Below are positions 19,676 through 31,006 of a DNA stretch of 64,000 nt, one piece after another. Every line of letters begins with the position of its first letter. Position 1 is the stretch's first letter. A program made the translations under genes and the position numbers. A model generated the notes under the pieces. It saw only the letters and a program-made list of their open reading frames with translations, searched no databases and was not told the origin of the DNA. The DNA is from a virus, in the IMG/VR virus record IMGVR_UViG_3300029826_000001, positions 3,304 through 67,303 of that record; one strand, written 5' to 3'.

Positions 19676-19923
19676 GTGAATGGGTCGCATGGCTTATAAG
19701 CAACGGTCATCTGTATGCTTATAGCTATGGGATTTACTTCTTTCACACAGCTATCAAGCAAACATTAGAAAAACAAAATGAAGAACTACTTATAGCGACA
19801 CACGCAAGTAGGATAAGTCAATACAGTAACAAAGATTTTGAGAAGGCTATAAAGCCATTCTTACCTAAGTCTCCAATATCTGTTGACCATGAAGAAAACA
19901 TTAAAAGGTTTGGGAAAAAATAA
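19672..19923 (+). CDS. -1 frame extension of the tail chaperone (GT-like)
   Basis: 83 open codons (LSEWVAWLISNGH...FGKK) with no ATG of its own; stop overlaps the tape measure ATG. Confidence 0.8.
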   Translation, partial: LSEWVAWLISNGHLYAYSYGIYFFHTAIKQTLEKQNEELLIATHASRISQYSNKDFEKAIKPFLPKSPISVDHEENIKRFGKK

Positions 19924-22900
19924 TGGCTGTAGACAATGAAATACTCTTAACCATAAAAGCAGAAACTGATAAAGCTAGAAAAGAGGTAAAGGAACTTAAA
20001 CTTGCCATTGATAAATTGGCTTCAAGCTCTGATGGTAGTGCCAAGAGTTTTCATGGTCAAGAAACAGCTTTAAAGAATATAGAACAAAAGACAAAAAGTC
20101 TTACTAGCTCACTAAAAAGTCTTGTTGGTGTATATGCATCATTTCAGGGTGCTAAAGCATTCATTAACTCAATGTCTGAGATTGAACAAGGTTTTATCGG
20201 TATCGCAAAAACAACTGGTGCAACCGAAGAAGAGATGGAGAAGTTCAAGGATGGTATCTATGCTCTTGCTGATGAGTTGTCTGGTATAGAGGTAAACGAA
20301 CTTCAATCAATAGCTGAGGGTGCTGGTCAACTTGGTGTTGCAAAAGAAGATATCCTAAAATTCTCAGAATCAATAGCAAAGATAAGTGTAGCTACAAATC
20401 TTACTGCTGAAGAGGCTAGTTCAGATTTTGCAGTAATCGCAAATGTGTTTAAGGAACCAGTTGACAATATTGAAAATCTAGGTTCTGCTGTTAACGAACT
20501 TTCCGCAACAACGGCTGGTACTGTTTCATATATAGTTGATTCAACAAAAAGATTGGCTCCAGTTGGTTCGTCTTTCGGTTTACTGTCTCATGAGGTTATG
20601 GCATTCTCCGCTACACTTGCAGATGCTGGTATCAGGTCTGAAGTTGGTGCTACTGCATTGTCTCAAATTTTCCAAAAAATGCAAGTTGATGTTGATAAGT
20701 TTGCAAAACTTTCTGGAATGAGCATTGATGATTTCTCAACGATTATGAGAGATAAACCAGCTGAGGCTGTTAAGATTGTTGCAAGTGCTATACATCAATT
20801 AGGTACTGAAGCTCCTTCTGCACTTGATAGTCTTGGGTTATCTGGAGCTGGTACAGCTCAAACAATTCTTGCTTTGTCAAACAATGTTGATAACCTATCA
20901 AAAAACCTACAGACATCAAAAAAAGCATTCGAGGAAAACACATCAGTAAGTGATGAGTATTTGAAAGCGTCTAATTCAATTGATGCAAAAATGAAAGATG
21001 TTAAAACATCATTTGTCCTATTATCGAGAGAACTTATGGTTGAACTACAACCAGCAGTTAAAGATGCACTCGATGGTATAAATGAGTTTATACGTTCAAT
21101 TGATTCCAAAGCAATAGGAGAATTTGCTGGTGATTTGGTTGACGGTGCAAAATCAGTTGCAACATTCGCAAGTGAGAATAAGACGTTATTAAAAACAATA
21201 GCTGAGGTTGCAATAGCATTCATAGGATTCAATAAGGCGAAAACAGCATTTTTTGGTTTGTTCAGTTCTCAATCAATACAAATAATAGAACACTTTAGTG
21301 CTAAGGGTCAAGGTCTATCAAAAACCATTGATATAATGGTAAGAGGTTTCTCTAAGTTTGGAAAAACTGTACTTGGATTAGTTACCGCAAACCCTATTCT
21401 TGCTGGACTTGCTGTAGCTATAACAGCGGTTGTGTATGCGTACAATAAACTAAGTGAAGCAGAGGCAGAAAGAGAAAAGGTATCTGAGGGCTTTAGAGAT
21501 AGTGCTAAAAATGGAATAGCAGTACTTGAAGAGTATTCACAGCATTTGGATGAGAATAAAAATCTTTATTTTAAAAGCATTGAAGAACAGAAGAAATATG
21601 TAAAGTCAATAGATGAAACAATACTTGCAAACAAAAATCAAATCAAGTCAATGGAAGACCTTGACCATGATAGATATGCAGAAGAAATTTCACAACTTAC
21701 AAAACAGAATGAAGTTCTTGTTTTAACAAAAGAGAAAGTTGTATCTGTAACAGCAGAAGAAATAAAAGCAATGAATGAAGCCATAGCTACATCTAAGGCT
21801 GAAGAAGCTTCAAAAGCTTCACTTATAAAAGCACATCAAGATTTTGTTGATAAGGCTATTGAGGCAAATGAAAAAAGGCTGTCAAAAGAAAAAGAGACAA
21901 TTGAGCTATTAAGAGACAAAGAGTCTCAATTATATGTTGACCTAGCAGAACTTGAAAAAGAACTTGCTGAAACTAGACAGAAATATTCAAACCAAAGAAT
22001 AGTAGTAACTGATGAGCTAAATGATAAGATTAGAAAGCTAAATGAGCTTGATGCAACAGAAACACAAAAGTCTGTAAATTCAAAAATTCTAGCTGAACAG
22101 AAATATGCACAAGTAAGAGAAAATATCTCAAAGGGAAACATTGAGTTAGCAAAAAAATACCTCAGTGAGTATGATTCACTTGTAGAGCAGAATTTCAATA
22201 CAGAGTACGCAAGAGCACAAGATAGCACCTATAAAAAAATGCAATTGGTAGATGAGTACAAAGAAGCTTTAGCTAATAGTGCTCAATTCTCAATAGAGAT
22301 GATTGACCTTGAAGAGCAAAAAGAAATTAAAGCTCACAACACAAAGATAGAAGCAAAACAGATTGAGATAAGAGCTACCCAAGCACAGATTCAATTGCAG
22401 ATGCGAATGATTGAGCTTATAGGTAAGATGGTAGAGAAGGCAACTGGTACAAAGTTTGAAATGCAGTTTGATGACTTTGAACAAGATGTTAAAGATGCAG
22501 ACAAACTACTTGATGAGCTTGAGAGTCAAAAGAGAACTGCAACTATAAGAGCAAAAGCAGAAACTGGTGATGCCGATATAAGTCTAAACAGAACAGTACA
22601 AATTGGTAGTCAGACTGTAGAAATGAAGCAGATAGCAGATAATAGTGATGCTGTTTCAAAAATTGACGATGTAGTAAGAAAGGCAGAAGATTCTAACCCT
22701 AAAATATTCACATATGTTGATAACACAACAGCAGATGGTCAGATTGTTAGGTTCATAGAAGATGTAAACGGAAAATATGCAACAGTAAGTGTTGATGCAA
22801 AAGATGATAATGCACAAAAGAAGCTAGATGTCTTAATGCTTGATATCTTGGGTAGAGAAGGATATGTTTCAGTTGGAGTAAACTCTGAGAATGTTACTCC

Positions 22901-23723
22901 AGCACTTGATGACATAGAGAAAAAAATAACAACCACTGAAGGAACAGTAAAAGTATATGGTAATGCTGATAACTTTTACGAGGTTGTAAATAAAGCAACG
23001 AGTGATATAGAAGAAACTATAGCAAAGAAGAAAGTTGGTTTTGTAAAATCAAAAGACCAAGAGACATTGGCTGTAGAGAAGGCTATAAAGTCATTAAATA
23101 GTGATACCACATCAACACATAAAGTAAAAGAAGATAAGCCGTCATTTGACTCACTAAAGGCTACAAAAAGGGAAATATCAAAAGACACAGAAAGTATTCA
23201 CCGTATTATATTTGACCAGAACAATCTAGCAGACATATATACTATTTTGTCAGACATAAGAATGGATACCCAGTCAATACATACAATTATACTTAGAACT
23301 GTTGACCAAAGAACACACGCATATAAAACTGGAGGAGAAGTTATTCCCAAATTTGCAACTGGCGGGTTTACGAGATTGTCTGGTGCTCTTGGTGGATATG
23401 GTGGTGGTGATAGGATTAAAGCACTTCTTGAAGCTGGTGAATTTATTCATAATAAAGAATCCGTATCTATGTATGGTCTTGATTTTATGAACATGATTAA
23501 CAAGAAGCTTCTACCAGTTGATGCTGTAAGAAACTTGGTAGGCGGTGGAGTCAGAAGATATGCTACTGGTGGTGAGGTTTCTGCTATACCATTATCAAGC
23601 CCTACAATGAGTGCTCCAGCTATCATAAATCTAACAGTTGCTGGAAGAACTTTCCAAGTAATGTCAGATAAAGATGTTGCTGATGCACTTGCTAGGCATA
23701 TTGAATTAACTGGAGGTATATGA
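19923..23723 (+). CDS. tail tape measure protein (TP901-type core)
   Basis: 1266 aa helical; IAKTT...EL..IAE.AGQLG core; C-terminal FATGG and GDRI.ALLE.GEF motifs. Confidence 0.92.
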   Translation: MAVDNEILLTIKAETDKARKEVKELKLAIDKLASSSDGSAKSFHGQETALKNIEQKTKSLTSSLKSLVGVYASFQGAKAFINSMSEIEQGFIGIAKTTGATEEEMEKFKDGIYALADELSGIEVNELQSIAEGAGQLGVAKEDILKFSESIAKISVATNLTAEEASSDFAVIANVFKEPVDNIENLGSAVNELSATTAGTVSYIVDSTKRLAPVGSSFGLLSHEVMAFSATLADAGIRSEVGATALSQIFQKMQVDVDKFAKLSGMSIDDFSTIMRDKPAEAVKIVASAIHQLGTEAPSALDSLGLSGAGTAQTILALSNNVDNLSKNLQTSKKAFEENTSVSDEYLKASNSIDAKMKDVKTSFVLLSRELMVELQPAVKDALDGINEFIRSIDSKAIGEFAGDLVDGAKSVATFASENKTLLKTIAEVAIAFIGFNKAKTAFFGLFSSQSIQIIEHFSAKGQGLSKTIDIMVRGFSKFGKTVLGLVTANPILAGLAVAITAVVYAYNKLSEAEAEREKVSEGFRDSAKNGIAVLEEYSQHLDENKNLYFKSIEEQKKYVKSIDETILANKNQIKSMEDLDHDRYAEEISQLTKQNEVLVLTKEKVVSVTAEEIKAMNEAIATSKAEEASKASLIKAHQDFVDKAIEANEKRLSKEKETIELLRDKESQLYVDLAELEKELAETRQKYSNQRIVVTDELNDKIRKLNELDATETQKSVNSKILAEQKYAQVRENISKGNIELAKKYLSEYDSLVEQNFNTEYARAQDSTYKKMQLVDEYKEALANSAQFSIEMIDLEEQKEIKAHNTKIEAKQIEIRATQAQIQLQMRMIELIGKMVEKATGTKFEMQFDDFEQDVKDADKLLDELESQKRTATIRAKAETGDADISLNRTVQIGSQTVEMKQIADNSDAVSKIDDVVRKAEDSNPKIFTYVDNTTADGQIVRFIEDVNGKYATVSVDAKDDNAQKKLDVLMLDILGREGYVSVGVNSENVTPALDDIEKKITTTEGTVKVYGNADNFYEVVNKATSDIEETIAKKKVGFVKSKDQETLAVEKAIKSLNSDTTSTHKVKEDKPSFDSLKATKREISKDTESIHRIIFDQNNLADIYTILSDIRMDTQSIHTIILRTVDQRTHAYKTGGEVIPKFATGGFTRLSGALGGYGGGDRIKALLEAGEFIHNKESVSMYGLDFMNMINKKLLPVDAVRNLVGGGVRRYATGGEVSAIPLSSPTMSAPAIINLTVAGRTFQVMSDKDVADALARHIELTGGI

Positions 23724-24100
23724 TGGGAAACAAAAGAGCAACTCAAATAGGTTCAGTGGAATTTGACCATAGCTTATTGGTAGCTGAACTTGATAACCCG
23801 AATAACATTTTATGTGAGGTAAACATAAGTGAAGCTGGTAATCATATTGTTTGGCAGACAGAGGTTGAAGAAAGGTATATAACTCTTGTTAGTGGTGAGG
23901 GGGGATGGATTTACCATGACACAAAACTAGCTTTAATTGCATTGTATAATCAACTTGAAACAGTATTTACCTTGACGTATAGTGATGAATCAACAGATAC
24001 TGTAAGATTTGCACACGAAAAGCCTCCAAAATTTGTTGAGATTTATGAGGGTGCAGAGATTTATTTTGCAGAAATAAGTTTTGCTACCGTTGTGGTATAA
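23720..24100 (+). CDS. distal tail-like protein
   Basis: Immediately after the tape measure gene. Confidence 0.55.
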   Translation: MMGNKRATQIGSVEFDHSLLVAELDNPNNILCEVNISEAGNHIVWQTEVEERYITLVSGEGGWIYHDTKLALIALYNQLETVFTLTYSDESTDTVRFAHEKPPKFVEIYEGAEIYFAEISFATVVV

Positions 24101-24123
24101 TTAAATAATCAAAGGAGAAATTC

Positions 24124-24729
24124 ATGGCTACAATTACATATTTTAAGTGCGTTAATTCACAGACAGATGGTTCTAAGGGAGCACAGATTACAAGTGGTCA
24201 GGTTGATGCAGTTTTGCCGTATTTGACAAGCCAACAGAGAATAACTGGTATTACACAGCTTGAGAAATTCTATATACAGTCAGACACAGATTTAGAGATT
24301 TTCGTAGGATTATCTGATTTGGGGATATTCACTGCTGGAATGATAGATTCAACTGGTGCTTCTGAGGTTGCTGGTGATGTGAGTGGTGCTTCACCTAGAC
24401 ACGGTGCGTCAAAGATTCTCGCAAATAGCGCAACTGGATGCACCATTGAACATAACCCAACAGTGGATTTGTTCAGAGCTAACGATTACATCTTAGTTGG
24501 CGATGTTGTTGTGCAGATTGATACGATTTCAGCCAACACAACAGATAGGGTAATTACATATAAGTTCACTATCCCATATGTTAACTTAGTAGGGCAGAAT
24601 GCGACATCAGTGCTTCAGAAATCACTCACCGCAGGCGTAGGTGTACCATTGTGGATAGAGAATATTGTACCAGCTGGCGCACCAGCTACCCAGACATATA
24701 ATACTATCCCTATGGTGATTGTGAGTTAA
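24124..24729 (+). CDS. tail protein
   Basis: PLWI...VPAGA motif; tail context. Confidence 0.6.
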   Translation: MATITYFKCVNSQTDGSKGAQITSGQVDAVLPYLTSQQRITGITQLEKFYIQSDTDLEIFVGLSDLGIFTAGMIDSTGASEVAGDVSGASPRHGASKILANSATGCTIEHNPTVDLFRANDYILVGDVVVQIDTISANTTDRVITYKFTIPYVNLVGQNATSVLQKSLTAGVGVPLWIENIVPAGAPATQTYNTIPMVIVS

Positions 24730-24731
24730 TC

Positions 24732-25151
24732 ATGGCGAGTGTGATATACAACTCATTTAAAAAATCAATCAATGGAACTGTTAATTTTGCCACCGACACT
24801 ATCAAGGTGATGCTCGTTGATGATACATACGAACCAGATATTGATACTCACCAATTCATAGATGATGTGACAGGTGAAGTAACTGGCACTGGGTACACAG
24901 CTGGTGGTGCAACACTGTCCAATAAGAGTGTGACTGTTGATACGACAAACGACTTAGCGAAATATGATGCTGACAATATAACATGGGCTAACTCAACCAT
25001 CACCGCTTATGGAGCAGTTATTTATCAAGATACTGGTACACCTTCCACATCAGGGTTGATAGCGTTCATAGATTTTCTAGGTGTCAAATCATCGTCAGAC
25101 GGAGACTTTATTCTTCAGTGGCACACTGGTGGAATATTTACAGTATCTTAG
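24732..25151 (+). CDS. minor tail protein
   Basis: DTIKVML...EVTGTGYTAGG.TL...DA.N.TW...TITA pattern. Confidence 0.75.
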   Translation: MASVIYNSFKKSINGTVNFATDTIKVMLVDDTYEPDIDTHQFIDDVTGEVTGTGYTAGGATLSNKSVTVDTTNDLAKYDADNITWANSTITAYGAVIYQDTGTPSTSGLIAFIDFLGVKSSSDGDFILQWHTGGIFTVS

Positions 25152-25163
25152 AAAGGAGAATAC

Positions 25164-25571
25164 ATGGCTATGACAAATTATCTCGAACAGAGACTCATTG
25201 ATTTTGTGTTCAATTCAAACGCTGAGTTCTCTTTTTCGTCTCCTGCAAATGTTTATGTTGCGTTGTTTACTTCAGCCACAGCAGATGATGGAACTGGAAC
25301 AGAAGTGACAGGCACCAATTATGCTCGTGTTGATACAGGCTCTTTTACGGCAATGACCAATATCACAGACGGGCAAACCGAAAACACAAACGATATAGTA
25401 TTTCCAACGGCAGGTTCAGGTGGGTGGGGTACTGTAACACACATAGCACTATTTGATGCACTAACTGGCGGTAATATGCTCTTTCATGGAGCATTATCAC
25501 AATCTAAAGAGATATTGGACGGAAACACATTTTCAATAAATGCAGGTGGTCTAGTTCTAACTTTATCCTAA
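25164..25571 (+). CDS. minor tail protein
   Basis: NYLE...VYVALFT...GTEV.G..YAR...WGTVTH.ALFDA.TGGN.L pattern. Confidence 0.75.
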   Translation: MAMTNYLEQRLIDFVFNSNAEFSFSSPANVYVALFTSATADDGTGTEVTGTNYARVDTGSFTAMTNITDGQTENTNDIVFPTAGSGGWGTVTHIALFDALTGGNMLFHGALSQSKEILDGNTFSINAGGLVLTLS

Positions 25572-25583
25572 TGAGGAGTATTT

Positions 25584-28500
25584 GTGGCTACACCCGTAAT
25601 TGAAGTATTCACGACCAATAGGACTGAGGGTACAGCAAGTTCATTAACCCTCTCAAAACCAGTTGGTGTAGTTGCAGGTGAATTGCTATTAATACTCGTA
25701 GCGAACGAGAACTCAGCTAACGGTGAGGGATTTGGTGCTATTACATCTGAGTCAGGTTGGACTCAAATATTCAATTATGGCTCAGGAAACGTTGATACAT
25801 ACATTGGTGCATACTATAAGATTGCAACTGGAACTGAAAACGAAACAGTAACAGTTCCTTTTATTGCATCTGATGACGGGCTTGGATGGTATATTCGCAT
25901 TTCAGGGGTAGATGCAACCAACCCTATTGGTTATGTGAGAAGTGCAACTGAAAGCACAAATTACTATGTGAACATGGTAGGAGATTACACCTACCCACAG
26001 ACCGATAATCCATTAATGATCGGACTCGCTTCGTTCGATGGATCAGATGGTATGCCACTCTATACGTCAAGCACTGGTTGGGTTAATGAAAGCAGTATTG
26101 ATAGTCCAAAAAATTCAAACTCAGGCGGTGCATCCTCAGCGGTATTCACAAGTTGTTCTACAATAACAAGCTCTTCGCAACAAATACCCACTTTACTCAT
26201 ATGGAGTACGGGGAGCGTTGTTGATGGTTTTATTGGAACACTTTTTGAAATAAGAAGTCCATCATCATTAAACTTGGAAGCTTCACTTTCTTCTAATTCA
26301 ACGATCTATGCTCGTGGTTCCATTGACGGTGAGATATACGCTGAAACTGACTGGGTGCATTATGAAACACTTGGTGGTGGCTCAGCCAGTTGGACTAACC
26401 CAACATTCATAGAGACAGAAAACGGAGTTGGAGCACAATACGATGCTGGGTCAAATATAACTTCCCCTACTATCGGTGGTGACCAATGGTGGGATGGAAC
26501 AAATATGTTGTACGACCTCGTACCGTCAGATGCTACAATCTACGGTATTGAAGTAAGAGTCAAAGCACAGCCGTCATCATACAACATTATCAAAGATGCC
26601 AATGTTCTGATAACGACACCAAGCAAGACCTCAAGCAACAAAGCGAGTTCTGCGTATTGGGAGACTGGTGGATACACAACAAGATACTACGGTGGTACAA
26701 CTGATTTGTGGGGATTGACTGGAGGACTCACACCCTCAGAACTTGGGTCAAGTGCGAGATTCTCTTTCTTGTACTCATTTAAGAACTATGATGCTTCAAC
26801 AAGATACCTTTACATTGATGTAATAGAACTGAAGATACATTACTCCTATAGAGACACGAACAAAAACGGAAATGCAAGTCTATCCGCATCATCGTCATTA
26901 ACAGTAGATGGAGCGTTATCAACATCATTTAGTGCTTCTGTATTTCCAGTAACATTATCTCTAATACAGCCTACAATAATTGCCGTAGCACCAAACGTTA
27001 CAGTAACCCCCCAAACAATCGCTTCTGTGATGACAGTAGAGCCTATTTCCATTGTCAGCCATAATACGTTGTACCTAAACACAGTTAACGTCAATATGAC
27101 CATGCTGGATGCCTTAGTGTCAATACCAACACCTATCGTAGTGATTGATACCTTTGAAATCAAACACGGTGTTGACAATGAATATGATTTTTTATATGCT
27201 GACGTAATACAAGAGCTTGAACCTGCTACATATTTCTATTTATCCATCATACATGAGATTCAAGACCCTGAAATAAGCAGAGAGACAGTTGATACGTTCG
27301 TATTCAAACACAGATTGGATTTTGATTACGCAGTAGTGACTGAAATAGTACCAACTGGGTATCCAACTGATAGGTTTTCTTATTTTAAGCTTGATGGAGA
27401 CTTTCAAGACGAAGAAGGTAATCTATCAACATTATCCCCAGTAGATGACCCAATATGGGAGCCGTTTGATATCTTCGATATGTGTCTAAAACAAAGTGAG
27501 AAAACAGATTCATACGCACAGCTGACTTCTCAATATTCAAATTACACAAACTACACATTGTCGTTTTGGGTTGAAATTGGTAATGATAGGGTGTCTTATG
27601 ATTACTTCTCAGCTGATGTATATGGCTGGATGAGCTTCCTTGACGGTGGCTATAATATGAGCGGATATGATTTCCCTAATAAATTCTGTCAAAACAGAAT
27701 GAATCATGTTGCAGTAGTGTATGAAAACCCATATGTTTATGTATTTGTGAATGGTGACAAGGTAAGATGGGATGGGGGTGAATATTATAAGCAAACATTA
27801 GTTGATTCAAGAATCATTCTCTCACGGATAGGATTAAAAGACCAAACTGGTCACATGGCAGAAATGGAATTGTTTTTGAGAGCATTATCCATGAGTGAGG
27901 TCAGACAACTTTACGCAAAACACGCAAATAAGCCATTGGTGATCAAACAAGGTGTCATGCAGGGTAACCCAACAGCAATGATTGTTGATACTTTCATAGT
28001 AAAAAATCAGCTAGAGAGCAGTGGATTGAATTATTATCAATACACAAAGAGCCGTTTTGAAAGGTTCTTGATTCCACATGGTGTTTTACTTGGAACTTAC
28101 AATATCATTTACATCGATTATTTTGAAGTCAAACATGAAGTTGAAAGTGAAGTTTTAGCATCCATCGACAATAGAGTGATAGGTGAGTCCGATATATTCG
28201 GTGATAACTCAACTCGCACACATATTGTTAGCACTATAACTGGCTTCAAAGATGAATTGTCAATACAGAGACATTATTATTTTAAGTATGGTGTATGGAT
28301 TGACCCATATGGTTTTAATTCATTTCAAGGCGACAATATGTTTGTCAGCGAGGAGATGATACATTTAAAGCGTTCAGGTCTAACACGGTCACCATTCGGT
28401 GTGACTTCGCTGAGACCAGTGTGTAGTTATCGTGGTATGAAATCATTCACAGACAGACGTAATGGTGGAGTAACAATATCTTTTTTCATGAAGATGTTCG

Positions 28501-30872
28501 ATGCAAATTCAACTGACGAGACTGTGCAGGAAAATTACAAACATACAATTTTAGGCTCCCATGCAGTTGATGAGACACTACTAACTGGTGAAGACCCTCA
28601 ATTTTATATGACTGGTCAAGCTATTGATATGTTGACTTTCTACGGTGTTGGTTCCCAGACGATGTTTGAAATGACATCTGGTTCAATTTACCTCACCTAT
28701 TCAAACAGAGATGAAGAACACAGAATGGGTCTTGTGGATACTTTTTTGTTGGAGCAAAAATTTAATCATTTTGCACTTAGTATTGATATGCAAACAGCGG
28801 AAGCTATTTTGTATATGAATCATAAAGAAGTTGGTCGAACAACGGCATCTGACCCAAATGGCTTCATACATATCTATCGGTTTGTGAATGGGTTCATAGG
28901 CGGTATGACTAAAACTGACCCATCTGGTCGGTATATCGATATAAGTCATCGTGGGAAATTCGCTATTGATAATATACGAATCATAGATAGGGTGCTAAAT
29001 ACCTCTGAAATTGCCAAACTGGAGTATGAAGGCATAGAGGGAATGATAATATCATCAAGGGTTGAGAGATTCACTATACATAGAATGTCATTCACACAGA
29101 CTATGGAGAGAGCATTATTATACAAAGTTGGTGATGATAGGAGTAGGGATACATTCAATGACTGTAGCTTAATTGGGTATTGGGATTGGAAAGGTGACGG
29201 CAGAAACAAATCTCTGTATAGAACCAAAGAGACCAAACTACACATTGATGAATTTTTTTATGAAGACATACTTGATTATATCCCATCTTCATGGCTTGGC
29301 TACGATTCAAAAAACAAGCGAAATTACGTCAAAGTTGGCTCAATTAGAGGTGGTGTAGCATTAGGGCAAGGTATAGACAGCTATGAGTTTTCTATCTCAT
29401 GGAGCGTTACTGATAATACATATTTTGGAATAGGTGTGTCTCACCAGAGTGGTATTTTTGATATCCCCACATCTACTGGTATGGGTCAACCTATGAAAAT
29501 ATTGCAGGGAAATAAATTCACACCGTACTCCTATTCCGATTTTTTAGGAGGGCAGATAGATGTAACTGGGATGACTAGAAGAGGTGATGATGAATGGAAT
29601 TACTTCACCCTCACTCAGAAGTTGGTCGGTGGGAAATTTGAATGTACGCTCTATGTCAATGAGCAAAAATTCACAACTTTAAACGATGTTCCTATGTTCC
29701 CTTTTGCGGATGAGGGGGTCAATGTCAATAAAGACTATGTACCGCACAATTTATATCTCGCAACAACCGTACCCAATGTCGCTGGTGCTTCCGTTAAAGC
29801 GGTAGGCGCATTGAGACTCTTTAATAGGGCATTAACCGATAAAGAAGCCTTTTCCCTTGTCGATGATAAATTTGATGGCATTACTGAGCTATTCAATGTT
29901 GTAAATACTATCAATGCGCCATACACCATCATTGAAGAGCCAATTTTTATACGTCAACACATCTACCCAGATTTTGTGCAATTCGACAACAGAGATGTGG
30001 TTGATATCTTTGGTGATGAGTCTGGTATGTACCTATGGAAATTTGACGGTGACTTGGGTGAAGAAGGCGAACGTGCAGTTTTATTGTCTTCCACATCTGA
30101 TTACACCTATGAGGATGCTGTATTTGACGAAGGATTATACTGTCCTAGTGAGACCTCCCAATCATTCAGGTACTCTCTACCCGTGACATCAAGGGTGCTT
30201 ACTATCTCATCACATATTAAATATCTCTATCTATTTGATTACGATCAGGTTGGTGGACTTCATATCGAGTCAAACACAAGTGAATATAGTGGTATAAACT
30301 TTTTTTATGAACCAACATTTAACAGATTCACACTTGAAAAATATGAATGGGGTATAGGGAATATAACATACGCAACTGGTATTGCACCTTTCACGGTTGA
30401 AGAGATGACAACTGAGTATCACAACGTTGTCTTAAAACTCGACCTTGATGCTATCTTTTTTGAACTGACGGTTGATAACATTGTGGTATTTAGTGGAACC
30501 ATTGATTCTGGTAGTTACAATAGAATGGATGGAACCCCAAATGAGTTACGGATTGGGTATGGTTCACATGGGTATGGGTATTCAAGAGCGGGTTATGACC
30601 AAATACGAATGTTCAATAAAATTTTGTCGGACGATGAAGTGGCTATGCTTAAAACTGAAGCAAGACCACCTGTCGGCTTCATGGTCGTTAATACCATTGA
30701 AGAGGTAAAATATGATATGATTGAGGTAGTGAATGGAATTGAAGCATTCAAGTTTGAGGAATTCAAATTTACACAGAGATTCAAAATTGTATCTGAGTTT
30801 TACAAAATGAACATTACACAGTCTATACAGCAGAAACATAACACTCTATTCATAAAAAGGATTAAAGAATGA
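25584..30872 (+). CDS. large tail fibre/adhesin with several LamG (ConA-like) domains
   Basis: About four modules ending R.FNRAL/RIIDRVL...E; repeated DIFGD/DTFND starts. Confidence 0.8.
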   Translation: MATPVIEVFTTNRTEGTASSLTLSKPVGVVAGELLLILVANENSANGEGFGAITSESGWTQIFNYGSGNVDTYIGAYYKIATGTENETVTVPFIASDDGLGWYIRISGVDATNPIGYVRSATESTNYYVNMVGDYTYPQTDNPLMIGLASFDGSDGMPLYTSSTGWVNESSIDSPKNSNSGGASSAVFTSCSTITSSSQQIPTLLIWSTGSVVDGFIGTLFEIRSPSSLNLEASLSSNSTIYARGSIDGEIYAETDWVHYETLGGGSASWTNPTFIETENGVGAQYDAGSNITSPTIGGDQWWDGTNMLYDLVPSDATIYGIEVRVKAQPSSYNIIKDANVLITTPSKTSSNKASSAYWETGGYTTRYYGGTTDLWGLTGGLTPSELGSSARFSFLYSFKNYDASTRYLYIDVIELKIHYSYRDTNKNGNASLSASSSLTVDGALSTSFSASVFPVTLSLIQPTIIAVAPNVTVTPQTIASVMTVEPISIVSHNTLYLNTVNVNMTMLDALVSIPTPIVVIDTFEIKHGVDNEYDFLYADVIQELEPATYFYLSIIHEIQDPEISRETVDTFVFKHRLDFDYAVVTEIVPTGYPTDRFSYFKLDGDFQDEEGNLSTLSPVDDPIWEPFDIFDMCLKQSEKTDSYAQLTSQYSNYTNYTLSFWVEIGNDRVSYDYFSADVYGWMSFLDGGYNMSGYDFPNKFCQNRMNHVAVVYENPYVYVFVNGDKVRWDGGEYYKQTLVDSRIILSRIGLKDQTGHMAEMELFLRALSMSEVRQLYAKHANKPLVIKQGVMQGNPTAMIVDTFIVKNQLESSGLNYYQYTKSRFERFLIPHGVLLGTYNIIYIDYFEVKHEVESEVLASIDNRVIGESDIFGDNSTRTHIVSTITGFKDELSIQRHYYFKYGVWIDPYGFNSFQGDNMFVSEEMIHLKRSGLTRSPFGVTSLRPVCSYRGMKSFTDRRNGGVTISFFMKMFDANSTDETVQENYKHTILGSHAVDETLLTGEDPQFYMTGQAIDMLTFYGVGSQTMFEMTSGSIYLTYSNRDEEHRMGLVDTFLLEQKFNHFALSIDMQTAEAILYMNHKEVGRTTASDPNGFIHIYRFVNGFIGGMTKTDPSGRYIDISHRGKFAIDNIRIIDRVLNTSEIAKLEYEGIEGMIISSRVERFTIHRMSFTQTMERALLYKVGDDRSRDTFNDCSLIGYWDWKGDGRNKSLYRTKETKLHIDEFFYEDILDYIPSSWLGYDSKNKRNYVKVGSIRGGVALGQGIDSYEFSISWSVTDNTYFGIGVSHQSGIFDIPTSTGMGQPMKILQGNKFTPYSYSDFLGGQIDVTGMTRRGDDEWNYFTLTQKLVGGKFECTLYVNEQKFTTLNDVPMFPFADEGVNVNKDYVPHNLYLATTVPNVAGASVKAVGALRLFNRALTDKEAFSLVDDKFDGITELFNVVNTINAPYTIIEEPIFIRQHIYPDFVQFDNRDVVDIFGDESGMYLWKFDGDLGEEGERAVLLSSTSDYTYEDAVFDEGLYCPSETSQSFRYSLPVTSRVLTISSHIKYLYLFDYDQVGGLHIESNTSEYSGINFFYEPTFNRFTLEKYEWGIGNITYATGIAPFTVEEMTTEYHNVVLKLDLDAIFFELTVDNIVVFSGTIDSGSYNRMDGTPNELRIGYGSHGYGYSRAGYDQIRMFNKILSDDEVAMLKTEARPPVGFMVVNTIEEVKYDMIEVVNGIEAFKFEEFKFTQRFKIVSEFYKMNITQSIQQKHNTLFIKRIKE

Positions 30873-31006
30873 TAGAAGTAACTGCTATAAGTTCGTTCAG
30901 TTTTTCATGTTTAATTAGTTCTGGTTTCGATGTTAGGCTATTCGTTTTTGTTTCCAAGATAGAAAAGGTTCAATACCAGACAATATTAAGAAGGACGTTT
31001 GAATGA
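30869..31006 (+). CDS. small hypothetical protein (45 aa, not in ORF track)
   Basis: AAGGA RBS; ATGA overlaps at both ends. Confidence 0.5.
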   Translation: MIEVTAISSFSFSCLISSGFDVRLFVFVSKIEKVQYQTILRRTFE

